In this document: one piece after another, positions 50,228 to 62,559 of the stretch | How positions within the stretch are numbered: position 1 is the stretch's first letter | Layout of the letters: each line of letters begins with the position of its first letter | Assembly (NCBI GenBank): GCA_043228905.1 | Contig: JBHGNT010000022.1 | Span: forward strand, 12,028,001-12,092,000 | Direction of reading: 5' to 3' | Length of the DNA stretch: 64,000 bases | Source of the DNA: Azolla caroliniana | Taxonomy: Eukaryota; Plantae; Polypodiophyta | The notes under the pieces: generated by a model | Seen by the model: the letters and a program-made list of their open reading frames with translations, nothing else | What the model was told of the DNA's origin: nothing | The model's database searches: none | Program-made: the position numbers and the translations under genes

Positions 50228-52927
50228 TCATGCCCGTAACATACTCCCCCTCTTTAAAACATTGCACTCTTGCAATGGAAAGTTAGGGAAGTTAGTTCTA
50301 AGAGTATTTTCGCGTTCCCATGTGGCATCTTTTATTGATTTATCCATCCATTTTATTTTAAATTCTCGGATTTCTTTAGTACGTAATTTTTTTGTTTTAA
50401 CATCAAGAATTCTTTCTGGTACATGTGGTTTAGAAGATAATTCTTCAGAAGTAACCAGAGTTTCAGTCGTAACTGTATTGTCGCTAGAACCTAGAAGTTC
50501 TTTTAGACGACTCACATGAAAGACTAGATGAATTCCGACACCATCGGGAAGAGCGAGACGATAGGCTGATGACCCAATGCGTTTGAGGACTGTAAAAGGT
50601 CCACAAAACCGTGGGGCTAACTTAGCGCACTTACCCGTAGACAATGTCTTAGAATTGTGAGGTACACATAAAAATACCTTCTGTCCAAGGTTGAATACAC
50701 GAGGTTGCCTATGATGATCGTTATAAAAACACGCTCTATCTTGAGCTGTTTTTATATTATGTCGTGCAATATGCAACATATCTTGCATATCCCGAAGAAA
50801 GTTTTGCGTACTTCGCAACTCATCATGATGTGTATTAACATCAATCGGGGCTCGTGGCTGAAAACCATACATCAACATAAAAGGACTATATCCCGTCGAC
50901 GTATGCTTGGAGTTGTTATAAGCAAACTCCAAAATTGGGAGATAACGTTCCCATTTTGTTGGTTTTGCACCAACGTATGCTCGAAGCATGTCCTTAATAA
51001 TTTGATTTACTCGTTTTGTCTGTCCATCGGATTGAGGATGATCCGTGGAGCTCATGCTCAACGTAGTTTCTAACTTCTTAAAGACTTGTGTCCAGAAGTC
51101 ACTAGTAAACTTTGGATCTCGAACACTCACAATATCCATCGGTAACCCATAAAAACGAAACAATTCGTCAACGAATTGGTAAGCCAATTCAGGAGCTGTT
51201 ACCGTGGTTTTAGTAGCAATAAATCTGGCCATTTTAGTTAGTCGATCAACGACAACCCAGATGGCATCATGACCTTTTTGGGTGCGAGGAAGGCTAACAA
51301 TAAAATCCATGGATATACTTTCCCACTTATTATTGGGAATGTCCAAGGGATGTAAAAGTCCTGCGGCTTTAAGTCGCTCGGCTTTGTTAACCTGACACTG
51401 GTGACATTTAGTCACATAGCTATGTATGTCAGGACGCATCTTAGGCCAATAAAATTGAGTGGAGATGAGAACGAGTGTACGATGTATTCCAGGGTGCCCT
51501 ACTGAGGGTGCATCATGGCATTCAAAAAGAATCCTCTTTTTGACCTCGGGTAAATCTGGAACACAAACCTTCCCATTACGGTAGAGCAAACCGTTAGCAA
51601 TGTGGAAGTATTCCTTCGAGGATGTGGTGGTGTCTGTTCCAGACTCAACTCTTGCCCAATATTTTGCGAAATAATTATCATCAGGATACTTTCCTCGAAG
51701 GTGATCATAGAGATCTGATGATATTGCAGTGAAGCTAAGCATGTTAACTTCACGGATGCGACTTAGTGCATCAGCGACAGTGTTCATGGAACCTTTACGA
51801 TATCGTATGGAAAAATCAAAGTCCTGGATGAGATCAGCCCATCGTGCCTTACGACCTTTCAGGTCTTGTTGGTCACAAAAATATTTCAAGGACTCGTGGT
51901 CCGTAGTTACCACAAAGTGATTTCCATAAAGATAATGGCGCCATGTTTTGAGCGCATGTATAACTGCAAATAATTCCTTTTCTTGAACGGTATACCGACA
52001 TTGAGCAGAATCAAGTTTCTTACTCTCGAATGCTATTGGTTTACCATCTTGATACAAGACAACACCTATAGCATAATCGCTTGCATCGGTTTTAACCTCA
52101 AAAGGTTTTGAAGGATCGGGTAAAAGAAGTGAAGGAGCGTTGCAAACCAGGTCCTTGAGTTCCTTAAAGGCAAGGTCTAGTGTAGCATTCCACACAATAG
52201 GTTTTGTAGACTTACGCGTTTGACCTTTTAAAAGATCAGTAAACGGCGTCGTCAATTGGGAGTAATTATGAAGAGACTTTCGCAAAAACCCCACAAAACC
52301 AAGGAATGATCGAACTTCTCGAATATTCCGAAGAGTGGGCCAAAGCTTGATTTTCTCAATGCGAGAAGGATCAATTTCAACTCCTTGTTCGGTTATGAGA
52401 TGTCCTAGATAAGTAATTGATTTCTTGAAGAACTCACATTTTGAGATTTTCGCATAAAACTGTTTGTCACGCAATGTTTGTAAAACAAAGCGGACATGTC
52501 TAGCATGTTCTTGTAATGTACGGCTATAAACTAAAATATCATCCAAGAAAATAACGACAAATTTTCCAAGTTGTTCTCGGAAAATGTCATTCATTTCTTG
52601 TTGAAAAGTAGCCGGAGCATTGGTCAAACCAAAAGGCAGGACCAAAAACTCGTAATGGCCATAGCGCGTACGAAATGCCGTTTTAGGAACATCGTCCTCA
52701 CTTATTCGTATTTGATGGTAGCCAGTACGGAGATCAAGTTTCGTAAAATACCGAGCTCCCTGGAGACGGTCAATTAGATCGTCAGCCCGGGGCAATGGAT
52801 ACGAATTCTTGATCGTCACTTTATTCAAGCGTCGGTAATTAATACACATACGCCATGTGCCCTCTTTCTTTTTAACCAAGAGAACTGGTGCACCCCATGG
52901 AGATTTACTATAACGTATATAACCCAT
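50228..52927 (-). CDS. Gypsy RT-RNase H-integrase-chromodomain (second part of the polyprotein; probably defective)
   Basis: [36 protein letters not shown] zinc finger, SMDFI, GPF and chromodomain ERILD...KIKW...ATWE. Integrase catalytic D and E appear mutated (SVRD, QTKR). Confidence 0.92.
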   Translation of the reverse strand: MGYIRYSKSPWGAPVLLVKKKEGTWRMCINYRRLNKVTIKNSYPLPRADDLIDRLQGARYFTKLDLRTGYHQIRISEDDVPKTAFRTRYGHYEFLVLPFGLTNAPATFQQEMNDIFREQLGKFVVIFLDDILVYSRTLQEHARHVRFVLQTLRDKQFYAKISKCEFFKKSITYLGHLITEQGVEIDPSRIEKIKLWPTLRNIREVRSFLGFVGFLRKSLHNYSQLTTPFTDLLKGQTRKSTKPIVWNATLDLAFKELKDLVCNAPSLLLPDPSKPFEVKTDASDYAIGVVLYQDGKPIAFESKKLDSAQCRYTVQEKELFAVIHALKTWRHYLYGNHFVVTTDHESLKYFCDQQDLKGRKARWADLIQDFDFSIRYRKGSMNTVADALSRIREVNMLSFTAISSDLYDHLRGKYPDDNYFAKYWARVESGTDTTTSSKEYFHIANGLLYRNGKVCVPDLPEVKKRILFECHDAPSVGHPGIHRTLVLISTQFYWPKMRPDIHSYVTKCHQCQVNKAERLKAAGLLHPLDIPNNKWESISMDFIVSLPRTQKGHDAIWVVVDRLTKMARFIATKTTVTAPELAYQFVDELFRFYGLPMDIVSVRDPKFTSDFWTQVFKKLETTLSMSSTDHPQSDGQTKRVNQIIKDMLRAYVGAKPTKWERYLPILEFAYNNSKHTSTGYSPFMLMYGFQPRAPIDVNTHHDELRSTQNFLRDMQDMLHIARHNIKTAQDRACFYNDHHRQPRVFNLGQKVFLCVPHNSKTLSTGKCAKLAPRFCGPFTVLKRIGSSAYRLALPDGVGIHLVFHVSRLKELLGSSDNTVTTETLVTSEELSSKPHVPERILDVKTKKLRTKEIREFKIKWMDKSIKDATWERENTLRTNFPNFPLQECNVLKRGSMLRA

Positions 52928-54657
52928 TCGTAAATAGTCCTTGAGTATACCTCATCTTCTTCGGATCGACTTAAGCGATACGGAGGTATACTTATTGGTG
53001 CAACACCAGGTACAATATCTATACGATGGTCTATATTACGTTTAGGAGGTAACCCATCAGGTAGTTCACTTGGAAAAACATCATGAAAATCATTTAAGAT
53101 TTCATCAAGTTGTTGTTGTTCAAAATATGTTAATTGAATCGGGACATTATCGATATTGTAAACGTGAATGTCCGGATCAAGTACACAATAAAATAACGTA
53201 GAACAAGACAACTCGGATATTGATGGACACGAGGAAACAATCGAGAGGGATTGTTTTTTTACACATTGAATAAAATGCGTACAATCGTTTAGTACAAAAG
53301 AAATGGAATGACGAACCCAATCAATCAATGAAGAAGAGTTTTTATTATAAAACCAGGGATAACCCAGTATTACATCGGTGGTACAAAGATTCATTACATG
53401 GAAGTCTACTTCCTCTATATAAGTATCAATAGAAATTCCTAATGAATGAATCGCCCCGTTGATGTATTGTACTCTTCCATCAGCCAAGTGCACCATGTAG
53501 GTGTGATCACTTACGGTGGGTTGGATTCCCCATATCTGAACCAAACGATCATTCACAAAATTGTGTGAGATTCTCGAATCAAATAAAAATTGTACGGGAG
53601 ATCCATTGATATACCCGTTTGCACGTAGTAAATCATTGGGACCCAATACATAGTGAGGGAAAGAACATTGACAATTACTTAAATGATGTGTATAGACCTG
53701 AAGGACATTAGGAATCTGACCTTTATGGTCTGCAGCTTTAGCTTTGTTGTTGTGCTCTTTCCGTTGGAGCTTTCGACATTGATCTTTTGTATGACCCTTC
53801 TTTTTGCAGAATACACAAAAAGGATGTTGTCGCTTACAATCGCGATCCAGGAATTCGTTGGGTGTCTTGCGTTTCCCAACAAATTGCGACTGCTTAGTCC
53901 CGGGCGCTTCGTTGGGTTTGTTATGGTCCTTCTTCAAAGTGCGTTGATAGCGAAGAACTATTTCAATGGCCTCTTCGAAGGATTTTGGATCCTTATCGTG
54001 CACTATCCAGTGATAGTCCGAATTGGGGATGCCATTGACAAAACAAGCTATCAACAACCAATTGTCCCCTTCTAGACCCGATTTTTGGATTTGGGTTCTA
54101 GCATGGTGAACATAGTCTTCTAGCGAGGAAAATTTCCTGCTAGAGAGGTTCATTAAAGCTTGTGCTGCCTCGGTTCGAGAGGGAGGTTGCAGAAATTGGC
54201 CCTTAAAAACCGTGACAAAATCTGTCCAGGTATCGGGCAATTTCCCCATAGTACGGAGGCCACGCCACCAGGCGGCGGCCTTACCCCCGAGTTCTCGGCT
54301 GACATATGCAATCTTCGTACTATCTGGCGTGGGATAGAGCTCAAAATGAGACTCCCATCGTCCCAGCCATGTGCAGATTGCTTCTTCGGTTCTTTCCTTT
54401 TTGTCTCCCTTAAATGGCTTAACGACAAATGATGGTTCACCTTGTCGCTCATCAGGTCTATTAGTCTCACGTTGTAGACTAATGACACGTGCCTCAAGAG
54501 CACTCTGAGATTGTCGAAGTTCGGTCATTTGTTGAGCGGTGAAACTAAGGTATTGGGTTATTTGTGCCAAATACATCTCAGTGGACATTTGTCCAGGAGG
54601 ATTCCCTTGAGTTCCTTCCGCTTGAGCGGATGCCATCGGGTCGTTAATTTGAGCCAT
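52825..54657 (-). CDS. Gypsy gag-protease (first part of a frameshifted polyprotein)
   Basis: Retrotrans-gag AAAWW region, zinc knuckle [14 protein letters not shown], protease [10 protein letters not shown] (G mutated) and [11 protein letters not shown]. Frameshift at ~52945. Confidence 0.88.
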   Translation of the reverse strand: MAQINDPMASAQAEGTQGNPPGQMSTEMYLAQITQYLSFTAQQMTELRQSQSALEARVISLQRETNRPDERQGEPSFVVKPFKGDKKERTEEAICTWLGRWESHFELYPTPDSTKIAYVSRELGGKAAAWWRGLRTMGKLPDTWTDFVTVFKGQFLQPPSRTEAAQALMNLSSRKFSSLEDYVHHARTQIQKSGLEGDNWLLIACFVNGIPNSDYHWIVHDKDPKSFEEAIEIVLRYQRTLKKDHNKPNEAPGTKQSQFVGKRKTPNEFLDRDCKRQHPFCVFCKKKGHTKDQCRKLQRKEHNNKAKAADHKGQIPNVLQVYTHHLSNCQCSFPHYVLGPNDLLRANGYINGSPVQFLFDSRISHNFVNDRLVQIWGIQPTVSDHTYMVHLADGRVQYINGAIHSLGISIDTYIEEVDFHVMNLCTTDVILGYPWFYNKNSSSLIDWVRHSISFVLNDCTHFIQCVKKQSLSIVSSCPSISELSCSTLFYCVLDPDIHVYNIDNVPIQLTYFEQQQLDEILNDFHDVFPSELPDGLPPKRNIDHRIDIVPGVAPISIPPYRLSRSEEDEVYSRTIYEWVIYVIVNLHGVHQFSWLKRKRAHGVCVLITDA

Positions 54658-57354
54658 TAAAAATTATTTCTGGAAAAGAAATAGGATAAGGTCAGAGATA
54701 TAGTCATAACATCATGTCGTGATGTAAACATATCATGGGCGAGCATTAATCGATATCATTATCTCACGTCAATACCCCTCTAGACGTATGAGATGAGGTT
54801 CAAGATCAGGTTACTATGGTAACACAAAGGTGTTTTAAAAACCATGGGGGTGACAAATAAATGTCTTTCCCTGATCTCTATATCGATTTTTTCATGGTGG
54901 CTCCCCGAGGCTCAACCATGTATGTTCGCGTCATGAATAGTTTATACACGAAAAAAATGTTAATAATAAACTATGTTTCGGTGCCCACATATGTGGTTTC
55001 GGCTCTTTAAGTCCTATTACGAGGACCCCGAGGTGCACTTAGACCTTAAGTCTAAACATGTGTTATAGTCATATGTATCAAGGATGTTGTATGGTCTTGG
55101 TCATATTTGAACTCGAGACCTCGAGAACAAATACATTAAACACTTGAGCCAACCAAGTAAGTTGCTCTTCTCGAATGCTTAATGTTTGATGCGTATAAGA
55201 GATATGCGAGGCAATTGATCATATATGTTTTTTTAAAAGAACATATATGTCAAGTCGCCCTCATTTACCAAAACTATTTTGGTACGCCAAAGTGCAACCT
55301 AATGGTCAAGCCAAATGAGCCCTTGTTTCGTAGTAGGCTCACGTGGGCCATCACATGGTCACGTCATTACGAATGCCTCTCGTAAGAACGAGCTCATGAT
55401 GGCATCGTATCCATGTAACGAGGGAGGGATGTTGGATACGTGCATCATTGGAGCGACCTCACTTGAAGTGGGTCAAGCCCTACGTACTCAACATCATTTT
55501 GGCTATTGGCGTTTCTTTACGTAACGAAATCGAGGTCGTCAACGGGGTTATCAACAATAAAAAAATGTTGAAAAAGGGATGGTGACAACGCCATTCTCAC
55601 AAAAATGTGAGGACGGCTACCAACATCCTTTTCCCGACCATGACAACTTTCGATATAATCACGTAATAACGAATATACACATATGTTTACTTATCATATA
55701 TATACGATCAAATACGTATATATGTGACCACATATGCCTATATTAAACATATCGTTATAGTAAATAGCCACAAATGATGTGATCAAGATACGTAATCGAG
55801 GTATATACCTCTACGCACACGAAACATCCACAAATAAGAGATCATCGTAATACGCAATGGAGGTATTGACCTCTTACGCATACGAGACCAAACGCATATC
55901 GTTTACAACAAATCAAGGTATTAAACTCATACGCAAACGTAACATATGTTCGTGAACGTATTACGTAATTGAGGTATTAACCTCGTACGCATACGACACT
56001 CATCACATATTATTAATATGTCAAACGAGGTATTGACCTCGTGCACATATGTAAACGTTTTAGATAATCAATTAAAGACCACTACAACATCATTGACTTA
56101 ATGAAAAAAATTACATATAAACTAAACACATGATTAGATGGGAGAAGAGAGAATAGAAAGAAAAATTATGGAAAGCGTTACCGAAGTTCTTTGTTGATCG
56201 TTGTCTGGATCAAGGCCAACCGCACAACGATCGATCAGCATCAATCAAAAGACAAATGAAAAACAAAGAAACATTAGTACAAAAATCTGATACCAAATAT
56301 TATAGATCTAGGTACTAAAGTAAGCTTAAGATAAGCATAAAGAAATGAAAGATAGAAAGGAGAAAGAGAAAGAAGGGTGCCGATACACCCGACCACCCCC
56401 GAGCGAAGGGATCGAGACGGACTCGAGCCTCGATCAGCGTCCCATACCACCGCCGTGGCGTCGAGTCCTACATGGTGCTGGCGCGCTCGCTACAAGAGTT
56501 GACCCACCACACGAGCAGAGTCTTGATGTAGTCAAAAGATCCTCAAATGAGGGTAGCTAGGCCTCTTATTTATAGCGATACCCAAGGCCCCCAGGCAAGT
56601 TCACTCTTGACCTAATGGGTTGTCTCAATCCCGAGGATTAAAAGTAATCCTCCCCTTCTTTACACTCTCGTTTAACCCTCACACTTATCCACGTGTATAG
56701 AATACTACGGTAAATTCTTACCACAGGATATTATATGGTCATGCCCGTAACATTTCTCCCTGTTATGAGACCTACGTGCAACATCTTGACATCAATCAAC
56801 GTATTCCCTAAGTTAGTTTTTTGGTAGAGCGATTGCGTAATCGTCTTGAAGTCATATTTTTGTAACTAGAATCTCTCTTTTAAGCAATTATTTTTTATAT
56901 CGAAGTCAAAGTGTCTATTTTAAGCTCACTAGTTCAAGTTTAGGATGAGCTTGTAAGGTTTCATGGATTATGCGGACAATGAGCTTCGAAAACTCGACCT
57001 CAAGATTTCTCGATGCTATGAGACCCACGCTCTAGCCAACTGCACCACCCCCACATCTTGATTTTAAGTTACCATTATGAAGCCATGGACAATCTTACAA
57101 TATATTTGCGAGGTAAGAGCGCAATCTTTTTTTACTAAATTTGCAATGGTTAATGGCATGAGCACGTAATTATTTTCGAAACCCAAGTGTCAGTTTTAAG
57201 CAATTATTTTTGAAATCAAACTCAAAAGTGGAATTCTTATTTTCGAAACCCAAGTGTAAGTTTTAAGCAACTATTTTCGAAATCAAATTCAAAAGTGGAA
57301 TTGTTGAACTAACCACTCAAATTTTATGACAAGGTTGTAATGTTTCCTTGTTTA

Positions 57355-57438
57355 TGGGGTGAGAGAGTTTCGAACTCTCGACCTCAGGATTTCTCGAAGC
57401 TATGAGACCTACGCGCTAACCAACTGCGCCACCACCCC
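57355..57438 (-). tRNA. tRNA-Met-CAT: tRNA-Met (CAT) with intron, copy 4
   Basis: Intact 84-nt copy (D loop GGTTAGCGCG). Confidence 0.88.
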
Positions 57439-57814
57439 TACATGTTGGTTTTGAGTATAAGTATGAAGATTATTGCTTCAATGAAGGCGAATAGGCCCGA
57501 TTCCCTAAAACTCATAGCCCAAGGATGGAGAAAGACTGTCTCGACCTCGAAGATTGCAAATAGCAACCCTAGAATAGCTAAGTAATAGTAACTTAAAATC
57601 GAAATGTAGGGGTGGTGCCGTTGGCTAGAGCATGGGTGTCAATGCGACCTTTCGTAACTAAATTTGCAATATTTTATGGCGTGACATGTTAATCTTGTCG
57701 ATTCCCGAAGCTTTCTAGTAAAATGCATACTTTTGAAACCAAAGTTTATGATGCGGTTGTAATGTTTCATCAATTATATGGAGTGACAAGGTCATTGTAA
57801 GGTTTCCTTGTTTA

Positions 57815-57898
57815 TGGGGTGAGAGAGTTTCGAACTCTCGACCTCAGGATTTCTCGAAGCTATGAGATCTACGCGCTGACCAACTGCGCCACCACCCC
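57815..57898 (-). tRNA. tRNA-Met-CAT: tRNA-Met (CAT) with intron, copy 5 (anticodon-stem variant TAGAT)
   Basis: Same variant as copy 3. Confidence 0.78.
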
Positions 57899-59173
57899 TA
57901 CATGTCAGTTTTGAGTATAAGTATGAAGATTATTGCTTCAATGAAGGCGAATAGGCCCGATTCCCTAAAACTCATAGCCCAAGGATGGAGAAAGACTGTC
58001 TCGACCTCGAAGATTGCAAATAGCAACCCTAGAATAGCTAAATAATGGTAACTTAAAATCGAGATGTGGGGGTGGTGCAGTTGGCTAGAGCATGGGTGGC
58101 AATGCGACCTTTCGTAACTAAATTTGCAATATTTTATGGCGTGACAAGTTAATCTTGTCGATTCTGGAAGCTTTCTAGTAAAATGCATACTTTTGAAACC
58201 AAAGGGTCAATTTTAAGTTCTAATATTTAAAAAGAGAATTAAACTGCTAATTTTAAGCTCACCCTTCCAAGTTTATGATGCGGCTCTAAGGTTTCATCGA
58301 CTATATGGAGTTGGAGAGTTTGAGACCTACGAGCTCGACAATTGCCCCTCCATCCTGACTTTGATTTGTGTATGCTCTGAAAAATCTAAGTTAATATTCA
58401 CATCAAAGCATCTCTTTGGAGCTACTCACCTGAAGCCATGGACAATTTGGAAATATATTAAATGGGTGGCAATGCAATCTCCCTTAACTATATTTGCAAT
58501 ATTTTATGGCATGATAGGGTAATCTTCGCAAAGCTTCCTAGTTAAATGCATAATCTTCCCGAACCTCAGGATTTCTCCCTGTTATGAGACCTACGTGCAA
58601 CATCTTGACATCAATCAACGTTTTCCCTAAGTTAGTTTTTTGGTAGAGCGATTGCGTAATCGTCTTGAAGTCATATTTTTGTAACTAGAATATCTCTTTT
58701 AAGCAATTATTTTTTATATCGAAGTCAAAGTGTCTATTTTAAGCTCACTAGTTCAAGTTTAGGATGAGCTTGTAAGGTTTCATGGATTATGCGGACAATG
58801 AGCTTCGAAAACTCGACCTCAAGATTTCTCGATGCTATGAGACCCACGCTCTAGCCAACTGCACCACCCCCACATCTTGATTTTAAGTTACCATTATGAA
58901 GCCATGGACAATCTTACAATATATTTGCGAGGTAAGAGCGCAATCTTTTTTTACTAAATTTGCAATGGTTAATGGCATGAGCACGTAATTATTTTCGAAA
59001 CCCAAGTGTCAGTTTTAAGCAATTATTTTTGAAATCAAACTCAAAAGTGGAATTCTTATTTTCGAAACCCAAGTGTAAGTTTTAAGCAACTATTTTCGAA
59101 ATCAAATTCACAAGTGGAATTGTTGAACTAACCACTCAAATTTTATGACAAGGTTGTAAGGTTTCCTTGTTTA

Positions 59174-59257
59174 TGGGGTGAGAGAGTTTCGAACTCTCGA
59201 CCTCAGGATTTCTCGAAGCTATGAGACCTACGCGCTAACCAACTGCGCCACCACCCC
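59174..59257 (-). tRNA. tRNA-Met-CAT: tRNA-Met (CAT) with intron, copy 6
   Basis: Intact 84-nt copy, same as copy 4. Confidence 0.88.
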
Positions 59258-59633
59258 TACATGTTGGTTTTGAGTATAAGTATGAAGATTATTGCTTCAA
59301 TGAAGGCGAATAGGCCCGATTCCCTAAAACTCATAGCCCAAGGATGGAGAAAGACTGTCTCGACCTCGAAGATTGCAAATAGCAACCCTAGAATAGCTAA
59401 GTAATAGTAACTTAAAATCGAAATGTAGGGGTGGTGCCGTTGGCTAGAGCATGGGTGTCAATGCGACCTTTCGTAACTAAATTTGCAATATTTTATGGCG
59501 TGACATGTTAATCTTGTCGATTCCCGAAGCTTTCTAGTAAAATGCATACTTTTGAAACCAAAGTTTATGATGCGGTTGTAATGTTTCATCAATTATATGG
59601 AGTGACAAGGTCATTGTAAGGTTTCCTTGTTTA

Positions 59634-59717
59634 TGGGGTGAGAGAGTTTCAAACTCTCGACCTGAGGATTTCTCGAAGCTATGAGACCTACGCGCTGACC
59701 AACTGCGCCACCACCCC
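59634..59717 (-). pseudogene. tRNA-Met (CAT) copy 7, probable pseudogene
   Basis: B box GTTCGA changed to GTTTGA, and anticodon-stem TCCTG changed to TCCTC. Confidence 0.75.
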
Positions 59718-60950
59718 TACATGTCAGTTTTGAGTATATGTATGAAGATTATTGCTTCAATGAAGGCGAATAGGCCCGATTCCCTAAAACTCATAGCCCA
59801 AGGATGGAGAAAGACTGTCTCGACCTCGAAGATTGCAAATAGCAACCCTAGAATAGCTAAATAATGGTAACTTAAAATCGAGATGTGGGGGTGGTGCAGT
59901 TGGCTAGAGCATGGGTGGCAATGCGACCTTTCGTAACTAAATTTGCAATATTTTATGGCGTGACAAGTTAATCTTGTCGATTCTGGAAGCTTTCTAGTAA
60001 AATGCATACTTTTGAAACCAAAGTGTCAATTTTAAGTTCTAATATTTAAAAAGAGAATTAAACTGCCAATTTTAAGCTCACCCTTCCAAGTTTATGATGC
60101 GGCTCTAAGGTTTCATCGACTATATGGAGTTGGAGAGTTTGAGACCTACGAGCTCGACAATTGCCCCTCCATCCTGACTTTGATTTGTGTATGCTCTGAA
60201 AAATCTAAGTTAATATTCACATCAAAGCATCTCTTTGGAGCTACTCACCTGAAGCCATGGACAATTTGGAAATATATTAAATGGGTGGCAATGCAATCTC
60301 CCTTAACTATATTTGCAATATTTTATGGCATGATAGGGTAATCTTCGCAAAGCTTCCTAGTTAAATGCATAATCTTCCCGAACCTCAGGATTTCTCCCTG
60401 TTATGAGACCTACGTGCAACATCTTGACATCAATCAACGTTTTCCCTAAGTTAGTTTTTTGGTAGAGCGATTGCGTAATCGTCTTGAAGTCATATTTTTG
60501 TAACTAGAATATCTCTTTTAAGCAATTATTTTTTATATCGAAGTCAAAGTGTCTATTTTAAGCTCACTAGTTCAAGTTTAGGATGAGCTTGTAAGGTTTC
60601 ATGGATTATGCGGACAATGAGCTTCGAAAATCGACCTCAAGATTTCTCGATGCTATGAGACCCACACTCTAGCCAACTGCACCACCCCCACATCTTGATT
60701 TTAAGTTACCATTATGACGCCATGGACAATCTTACAATATATTTGCGAGGTAAGAGCGCAATCTTTTTTTACTAAATTTGCAATGGTTAATGGCATGAGC
60801 ACGTAATTATTTTCGAAACCCAAGTGTCAGTTTTAAGCAATTATTTTTGAAATCAAACTCAAAAGTGGAATTCTTATTTTCGAAACCCAAGTGTAAGTTT
60901 TAAGCAACTATTTTCGAAATCAAATTCAAAAGTGGAATTGTTGAACTAAC

Positions 60951-62347
60951 CCAGGCAAGTTCACACTTGGCCTAATGGGTTGTCTCAATCCTGATGATTA
61001 AAAGTAATCCTCCCCTTCTTTACACTCTCGTTTAACCCTCACACTTATCCACGTGTATAAAATACTACGGTAAATTCTGACCATGGGATATTAGATGGTC
61101 ATGCCCCTAACATACTCCCCCTCTTTAAAACATTGCACTCTTGCAATGGAAAGTTAGGGAAGTTAGTTATGAGAGTACTTTCGCGTTCCCATGTGGCATC
61201 TTTTATTGATTTATCCATCCATTTTATTTTAAATTCTCGTATTTCTTTAGTACGTAATTTTTTTGTTTTAACATCGAGAATTCTTTCTAGTACATGTGGT
61301 TTAGAAGATACATGTTCAGAAGTAACCAAAGTTTCAGTTGTAATTGTATTGTCGCCAGAACCTAGAAGTTCTTTTAGAATATTCACATGAAAGAATGGAT
61401 GAATTCCAACACCATCGGGTAGAGCGAGACGATGGGCTGATGACCCAATGCATTTGAGGACTGTAAAAGGTCCACAAAACCGTGGGGCTAACTTTTCGCA
61501 CTTACCCGTAGACAATGTCTTAGAATTGTGAGGTACACGTAAAAATACCTTCTGTCCAGGGTTGAATACACGAGGTTGCCTATGATGATCGTTATAAAAA
61601 CACGCTCTATCTTGAGCTGTTTTTATATTATCTCGTGCAATATGCAACATATCTTGCATATCCCGAAGAAAGTTTTGCGTACTTCGCAACTCATCATGAT
61701 GTATATTAACATCAATCGGGGCTCGTGGCTGAAAACCATACATCAACACAAAAGGACTATATCACGTCGACGTATGCTTGGAGCTATTATAAGCAAACTC
61801 CAAAATTGGAAGATAACGTTCCCATTTTGTTGGTTTTGTACCAATGTATGCTCGAAGCATGTCCTCAATAATTTGATTTACTCGTTCTGTTTGTCTATCG
61901 GATTGAGGATGATCCATGGACCTCATGCTCAATGTAGTTTCTAACTTCTTGAAGACTTGCGTCCAGGTGTCACGAGTAAATTTTGGATCTCGATCACTCA
62001 CGATATCCATCGGTAACCCATAAAAACGAAATAACTCGTCAACGAATTGGTAAGCCAATTCAGGAGCTGTTACCATGGTTTTAGTAGCAATAAATCTGGC
62101 CATTTTAGTTAGTTGATCAACCACAACCCAGATGGCATCATGGCCTTTTTGGGTGCGAGGAAGGCTAACAATAAAATCCATGGATATACTTTCCCACTTA
62201 TTATTGGGAATGTCCAAGGAATGTAAAATTCCTGCGGCTTTAAGTCACTCGGCTTTGTTAACCTCACATTGGTGACATTTAGTCACATAGCTATGTATGT
62301 CAAGACGCATCTTAGGCCAATAGAATTGAGTGGAGATGAGAACGAGT
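60951..62347 (-). mobile_element. Second copy of the chromovirus (truncated 3' LTR 60951-61112, integrase and chromodomain), interrupted by a copia
   Basis: Colinear with ~50080-51476. ORFs 61099-61749 and 61762-62217 are highly similar to the first copy. Confidence 0.92.
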
Positions 62348-62518
62348 TGTCGAATACAAGTGTATAATGGACGTATTCACACTATCCCTTTAGGCCATTT
62401 GTGTAATTAGCATAAAGGGTAGTTGCCCTAAGTCGGTCACTATATATAGTGACCTTGTAACCTTTTTGTAAGGTTGGATGTTGTATTATTGTTTCTATTG
62501 AATAGAAAGTCTTTTGTG

Positions 62519-62559
<41 letters not shown>

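Larger units (their letters stand above)
49787..56752 (-). mobile_element. Full-length Ty3/gypsy chromovirus (LTRs 56298-56752 and 49787-50241, TSD TTTCT)
   Basis: 455-bp LTRs with about 9 differences counted by eye. PBS TGGTATCAGA (56286-56295, tRNA-iMet), PPT GAGGGGGAGTA, TSD TTTCT at 49782-49786 and 56753-56757. Domain order gag-PR-RT-RH-INT-chromodomain. Confidence 0.97.
46915..60950 (-). repeat. Higher-order tandem array of tRNA-Met-derived monomers (1819-bp unit, ~3.9 units), interrupted by a gypsy at 49787-56752
   Basis: Equivalent positions 47285/49104 and 57898/59717 are exactly 1819 bp apart. Each unit has two full-length tRNA-Met copies, about three decayed copies and two inverted 5' halves. 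Confidence 0.93.

Noticed and set aside
52825-52950. Programmed ribosomal frameshift between the two gypsy ORFs
   Set aside because: The break falls inside the conserved start of RT, where about 7 nt appear deleted (EEDEV/LKDYL); no slippery site is evident, so it is a mutation.
47202-56295. Idea that the tRNA-Met array supplies the primer for the inserted retrotransposons
   Set aside because: The PBS TGGTATCAGA matches initiator tRNA-Met; the array encodes elongator tRNA-Met (3' end CACCCCA).
49104-60007. Repeated 96-aa [13 protein letters not shown]... (49104-49394, 57898-58188, 59717-60007)
   Set aside because: It recurs only because of the 1819-bp repeat, overlaps the tRNA upstream flank and inverted tRNA half, and has no recognisable domain.
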